Shown here one piece after another: positions 8,005 to 9,956 of a DNA stretch of 9,956 nucleotides. This DNA is from Octopus sinensis (lineage: Eukaryota). Location: positions 1-9,956 of the forward strand of contig NW_021827785.1 of NCBI RefSeq assembly GCF_006345805.1, written 5' to 3'. Made by a program: the position numbers and the translations under genes. The notes beneath the pieces were generated by a model. That model saw only the letters and a program-made list of their open reading frames with translations, searched no databases and had not been told where the DNA came from. Positions within the stretch are counted from its first letter, which is position 1. Each line of letters opens with the position of its first letter.

Positions 8005-8880
8005 GGATCGACTACTGAAAGGCTTTTGATAGTATTTCCCACACATGGATCCTTGAAATACTAGCCATTAACAAGGTAGCACCAATAATTATAAAATACA
8101 TAAGACACTCCATGAATAAATGGCAGACAGTGCTACAGCTCCAAACAAAAGAGGAACTCATAAAAACCAAAGCCATCCTCATTAGAAGAGGAATATTCTA
8201 GGGAGGCACGTTCTCTCCACACCTTTATCTGACATGCTAAACAGAACTGGATGCGGTTACAAATCTTACGGCAAAACAACAGCCACCTCTTATAATGGAT
8301 GACCTAAAATATAACGCTACAAATGATAAACAGCTGGAAACACTATTACAGACAGTACATAGATTACCAAGAAATAAATATGAAATTGGCTTAGAAAAAT
8401 GTTCCAAAGCAACCTTGAAAAGAGGAAAACTAGTAAGAGTAACAACATCATACTAGATAAAGCAAATTAATAAGAGAATTAGACCAACGCTAGGCATACA
8501 AATACTTAGGAATCAATGAACTAGATATGATACACCACACACACAAATGAAAGAGAAAATAAAGAAAGAATACTATAGACGAGTTAGATTAATACTGAAA
8601 ACAGAGCTTAATGCGAGAAACAAGATAAGAGATATCAACACTCTAGCCGTTCCAGTTATAAGTTACAGCTACAATATTCTTAACTGGACTCTAAATGAAC
8701 TAATCAAGAAAAATAATGACAGGATTTAGGATACACCACTCAAAATCTGACATAGAAAGGTTATATATATGATGTATAGAAGGTGGTAGAGGCCTTATAC
8801 AGCTAGAAAACTATTACAAAATAACCACCATAGGACTGCAAAAATACCTACTTCAGAAGCAAGGATATATAATACAAATA
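8004..8880 (+). mobile_element. R4/Dong-like RT fragment, from a different subfamily than 1-2339
   Basis: WIDY*KAFDSISHTWILEIL, IRRGIF*GGTFSP, MDDLK (8295-8309), GLEKCSKATLKRGKL, YKYLGINE, MKEKIKKEYYRRVRLILKTELNARNKIRDINTLAVPVISYSYNILNW, EGGRGLIQLENYYK. Starts immediately after (AAT)n. Confidence 0.9.
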
Positions 8881-8884
8881 GCCG

Positions 8885-9010
8885 CACTATTCTTCTAATT
8901 TTATACACGGGGTTTTGTGTTAAGCTCTACAAGGGACTTGTGTTGTGTTGCCCCTTTTTGTTTTGTATTCGGTCCTTGAGGCCAATAAAGAAAACAACAT
9001 GTTGTTGTTG
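8885..9010 (+). mobile_element. Probable L1/Tx1-like LINE 3' UTR terminus
   Basis: T-rich segment ending CCTTGAGGCCAATAAA (8974-8989), followed by GTTGTTGTTG. Shares the terminal motif with 6843-6860 and 9466-9481, and TACACGG plus a T-tract with about 9399. No coding remnant seen. Confidence 0.5.
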
Positions 9011-9021
9011 TTTTTCTTTTT

Positions 9022-9229
9022 AAGGTGGCGAGCTGGCAGAATCATTAATACAACGGATACTTAGCTGCATTTCGTCCGTCCTTACGTTATGAGTTCAAAT
9101 TCCGCCGAGGTCGACTTCGTCATCGTCTCGGGATCGATAAATAAAGTACCAGTCGAGTACTGTGCTCAATGTAATCGCCTATCCCCCTCCCTTCAAATTC
9201 CAAGCATTGCGCCTATTGTAGAAATGATT
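9022..9229 (+). mobile_element. tRNA-derived SINE (octopus-type)
   Basis: Pol III A-box-like TGGCAGAATCA (9034-9044) and B-box-like GTTCAAATTCC (9093-9103). Body GCCGAGGTCGACTT..GGATCGATAAATAAAGTACCAG..GTAATCG, then a C-tract. From memory this resembles the very abundant octopus SINE; not database-verified. Confidence 0.8.
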
Positions 9230-9239
9230 TCACCTGTGA

Positions 9240-9486
9240 TTTAAAAAGGTAATAAAAAAGAAGAAAGGGGCTCTCTAGCCCTACTTTTTGACCAGGTTCC
9301 CGTTGGCTTTTATGGGGTTTTCCACCAGGAACCTTTCGTAACGTCTCCCCCTATTGGGAGTTTTTCGTTGTTATAATTTTTGATTGTTACACTGTTTTTA
9401 CACGGTTTTTTATAAACCTTTCGTCTTGTTTTGTCCCTTTTTTGTTATAATTAATTTTTGTCAGCCCTTGTGGCCAATAAAAGAAT
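9240..9486 (+). mobile_element. Probable L1/Tx1-like LINE 3' UTR terminus
   Basis: T-rich segment ending GCCCTTGTGGCCAATAAAAG (motif 9466-9481), directly followed by (ATT)n. Same terminal motif as the coding-linked element at 6836-7520. Confidence 0.55.
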
Positions 9487-9488
9487 TA

Positions 9489-9530
<42 letters not shown>
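9487..9530. repeat. (ATT)n microsatellite or retroposon tail
   Basis: Read directly; pure ATT run. Confidence 0.98.
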
Positions 9531-9558
9531 GGTTTCAAATTTTGACAAGACCAGCAAA
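9531..9558 (-). mobile_element. Possible SINE 3'-terminal remnant
   Basis: Minus strand TTTGCTGGTCTTGTCAAAATTTGAAACC followed by (AAT)n resembles the remembered octopus SINE end (..GCTGGCCTTGTGCCAAAATTTGAAACC). Only about 28 bp. Confidence 0.4.
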
Positions 9559-9644
9559 TAGTTTTATAATCAATCGAAATTGCTAAAGTGGGACACATTG
9601 GAAATAATGAGAAGGAAAGTATCTGAGAGAACATAGTTGCTAAA

Positions 9645-9720
9645 GAGGAGGAGGAGGAATAGAGTTAAGGAGGAGAAATGGTGTTAGGGAGGAGGGGCAG
9701 AAGTAGTGATAGGGAAGAGG
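9645..9720. repeat. Purine-rich (GAG/GGA) low-complexity tract
   Basis: GAGGAGGAGGAGGA followed by degenerate GGAGGA/GGGAGGAGGGG runs. Confidence 0.7.
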
Positions 9721-9956
9721 ACTCACAAAATGACCGAAATATAGCACAACACGTTGGTGTGCTGGTGACTGATTGTGTGATGTTGAACTATTAATTTTCT
9801 CTCTGACAATTCATGATCTAGAAATGCTTGTGTGTGCATATGTGTGTGACGTTTGAACCGTATCACAGGACTTTGAAACAGTATCTGTTTAAAAGCTACG
9901 TGAACTCCCAGCTGTTTTAAAAGTTAAGAATGTTGACAGCGGACACTATGCGATAA

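Noticed and set aside
9022-9110. tRNA gene
   Set aside because: A and B boxes are present but no cloverleaf can be folded, and the sequence continues into a SINE body.
9720-9956. Unassigned terminal segment with short TG repeats
   Set aside because: No ORF, splice pattern or repeat structure that I can support.

Overview
AT-rich eukaryotic DNA that is almost entirely a stack of decayed, abutting transposable elements. No intact host gene, RNA gene, CRISPR array or prokaryotic system is supported. The SINE type and the abundance of (AAT)n repeats suggest an octopus/cephalopod genome (inference from memory). Left to right: (1) a decayed R4/Dong-like non-LTR element (RT, CCHC finger, restriction-like endonuclease; 1-2436); (2) two head-to-tail Helitron-type units plus a Helitron helicase C-terminal remnant (2437-3500); (3) a CR1-like LINE 3' end (minus, 3692-4074); (4) a frameshifted stand-alone Gypsy-type integrase, best read as a Ginger1/GIN DNA transposon, with a nested palindromic terminal region (minus, 4166-5885); (5) the 5' end/ORF1 of one L1/Tx1-like LINE and the 3' end of another, head-to-tail across a microsatellite (minus, 5886-7520); (6) two more R4/Dong-like fragments bordered by (AAT)n (7786-8880); (7) two further L1/Tx1-like 3' ends, a tRNA-derived SINE and microsatellites (8885-9560). 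The most interesting signal is that two unrelated retrotransposon clades repeatedly start and end at the same AAT/ATT microsatellite with opposite strand polarity. All family assignments come from manual translation and motif recognition, with no database search.
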